DNA of 61,799 nt, counting the filler, from Dugesia japonica (Eukaryota), in the NCBI GenBank assembly GCA_001938525.1. It is 5 parts of 5 records of this genome, joined end to end, with 100 filler letters (N's around TTAATTAATTAA, not from the genome) between each part and the next. Parts side by side here need not be neighbours in the genome. Positions count along the whole stretch, not along the records: positions 52,826 to 61,799 come from MQRL01606278.1; 4 more parts are not named here. One strand, written 5' to 3'. This document shows, in pieces, positions 60,113 to 61,799 of the stretch (its first letter is position 1; each line of letters opens with the position of its first letter). The notes beneath the pieces were generated by a model that was not told where the DNA came from, did not search any database, and worked only from the letters and a program-made list of their open reading frames with translations. A program made the position numbers and the translations under genes.

Positions 60113-60689
60113 TAGTTTTAATTTTTTATCAATTTAATTTTATTATTATTTTTTGATTTTTTCAAATTTTTAGTTTTTCAATGTAAATAGTTTAAAAATT
60201 CTTAACGCTCATTTTCAAAAGTAAATCCAAATTTTTATNNNNNNNNNNNNNNNNNNNNNNNNNNNNNNNNNNNNNNNNNNNNNNNNNNNNNNNNNNNNAT
60301 TTAATGAAAATGAATTAAAATTAACACATGAAATAAAATCATTAGAAGGAGGCGTTTTTATACAGCAAACCCTGTACAAAAAATGTTCAGTTTTTTATTC
60401 TGAGTTTACGTGTATCTCGAGAACCCAATTTTTTTCGACAGAAGTAGTTTAAAATCTAGATAGAGAATTTAATTCCGAATTCAAACATACCAAATTTGAA
60501 CCTTTACGATGGAACCTGACCAAAAATATTTGAACCAAATAATTAAAATTCGACCTTCGAGCCAAAATTCGAAATGGAAATATTTTTCTACTAAAATTTT
60601 CGTCCAATCAAATTTTTAAATCTAAAAACCAAAAAATCAAACCACTTTTCCGTCGGTGGTGTGTGGTCTATTGCGCTACTATCTACTCA

Positions 60690-60930
60690 CTTTTGTCGAA
60701 AAAGCCGTTTTATATTTTGAGTCATCTGTTAATTCTACTTGATGATAAGGATTATCCAAATCTATACTAGTATAATATTTGTCTCCGTATAAAATATCCA
60801 TCATTTCCTCAGTTTTGTAATAGAAAAAATTGGTCTTTTTGTAACTTCATTTAACAATCAATAATCAAAGCAAAGTCGTATTTCATCATTTTCTTGTTTT
60901 CTACGCAAACCAGACGAACATTCCAAAGGA
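60690..60930 (-). mobile_element. Gypsy RT fragment
   Basis: RKQENDEIRLCFDY*LLNEVTKRPIF...SIDLDNPYHQVELTDDSKYKTAFSTK. Confidence 0.75.
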
Positions 60931-61799
60931 AGTCACATTTACTTATAATTCAATTTATTTTCATTTATTCAATATTTGGCTCAATTTTATCTATTAAATG
61001 ATGAGGCTGACGCCCAGGATTAATTGCAATTAATTTTACTATATTTTATTATTTCATGCTTTACAATATTAATTTTTCAAATATTTTATTTATGTTCATT
61101 ATAATGCTTTCATATTTTTTTAAATCATCAATATCATTTTATCTTTAAAATTTTCAATTTCTAATATTTCTGGTTTAAATTTAATAAAATTAACAGATTC
61201 TTCATTGCTTATTTCATTAATGGTGAATTTTATATTATAATTATTCAATAGATACATTCCACAAATAACGGACGGAGAGAATTCTCAAAAACAAATGCTC
61301 TCCGTTTGTTCACTAAGCTTTACATTTAAAAATACTTCCCTAAATTTTTTAAAGAACTGTTATTCGCACATTTTACATTTATATCAAAATCAATTATGGA
61401 AAACTTTCTTATTATTTTCAATAATTCATATTTAATAACACTAATTTTAACTTCAGTGTCAAGTAAACATGATGTAAAATTATTATTAATTTTTAAATTT
61501 ATAGGTCGACTATTTACAGTATTATAGTTTTCATAGATTTAATAAAATTAATAATAGATATTTTATTATGATTGTTATAACTATCATTACCACTATAATA
61601 AATTTTATTTACAAATTTACTTTTATTATCAACAGTTATGTCAAGCATAATATAATCATACAAAAATTATTTTCCAGCAATTTCATATCATACATACATT
61701 TACAAGCATTATCAACCATACCATTATTACTCAAATCAAATCTTATATTTTTAATGAGTCACCCAGACAACTTCTTTTCTTGGAAGGGATTTGGCTTTT

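Overview
AT-rich eukaryotic (animal) genomic scaffold with many N gaps, four of which contain an artificial TTAATTAATTAA six-frame-stop spacer. Host genes are sparse: last exon of EFHD/swiprosin (5120-5401 +), an intronless tetraspanin (39071-39922 -), a complete 3-exon CYB5D1 (45975-50772 +, first intron apparently GC-AG), one DLC1/STARD13-type RhoGAP exon (57789-57983 -) and a RACK1 5' fragment. The dominant feature is an essentially complete ~15.7 kb Polinton/Maverick (adintovirus-like) endogenous DNA virus (10823 to ~26541). It has ~106 bp TIRs, is inserted into a 44-bp minisatellite, and encodes pPolB, major and minor capsid proteins, a packaging ATPase, a cysteine protease, a pX-like core protein, a gasderminX-like membrane protein and a fibre-like protein. 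Its integrase is fused in frame behind a zinc finger and a parvovirus-type phospholipase A2 domain. A second virus-derived remnant (~40501-43860 -) reconstructs into one long decayed ORF: ubiquitin-like domain, Bcl-2-like domain, signal peptide, chuvirus-type fusion glycoprotein. The rest is a graveyard of Gypsy, mariner, Merlin, Penelope and hAT-MITE remnants. All family assignments come from motifs recognised by eye; no database searches were run.
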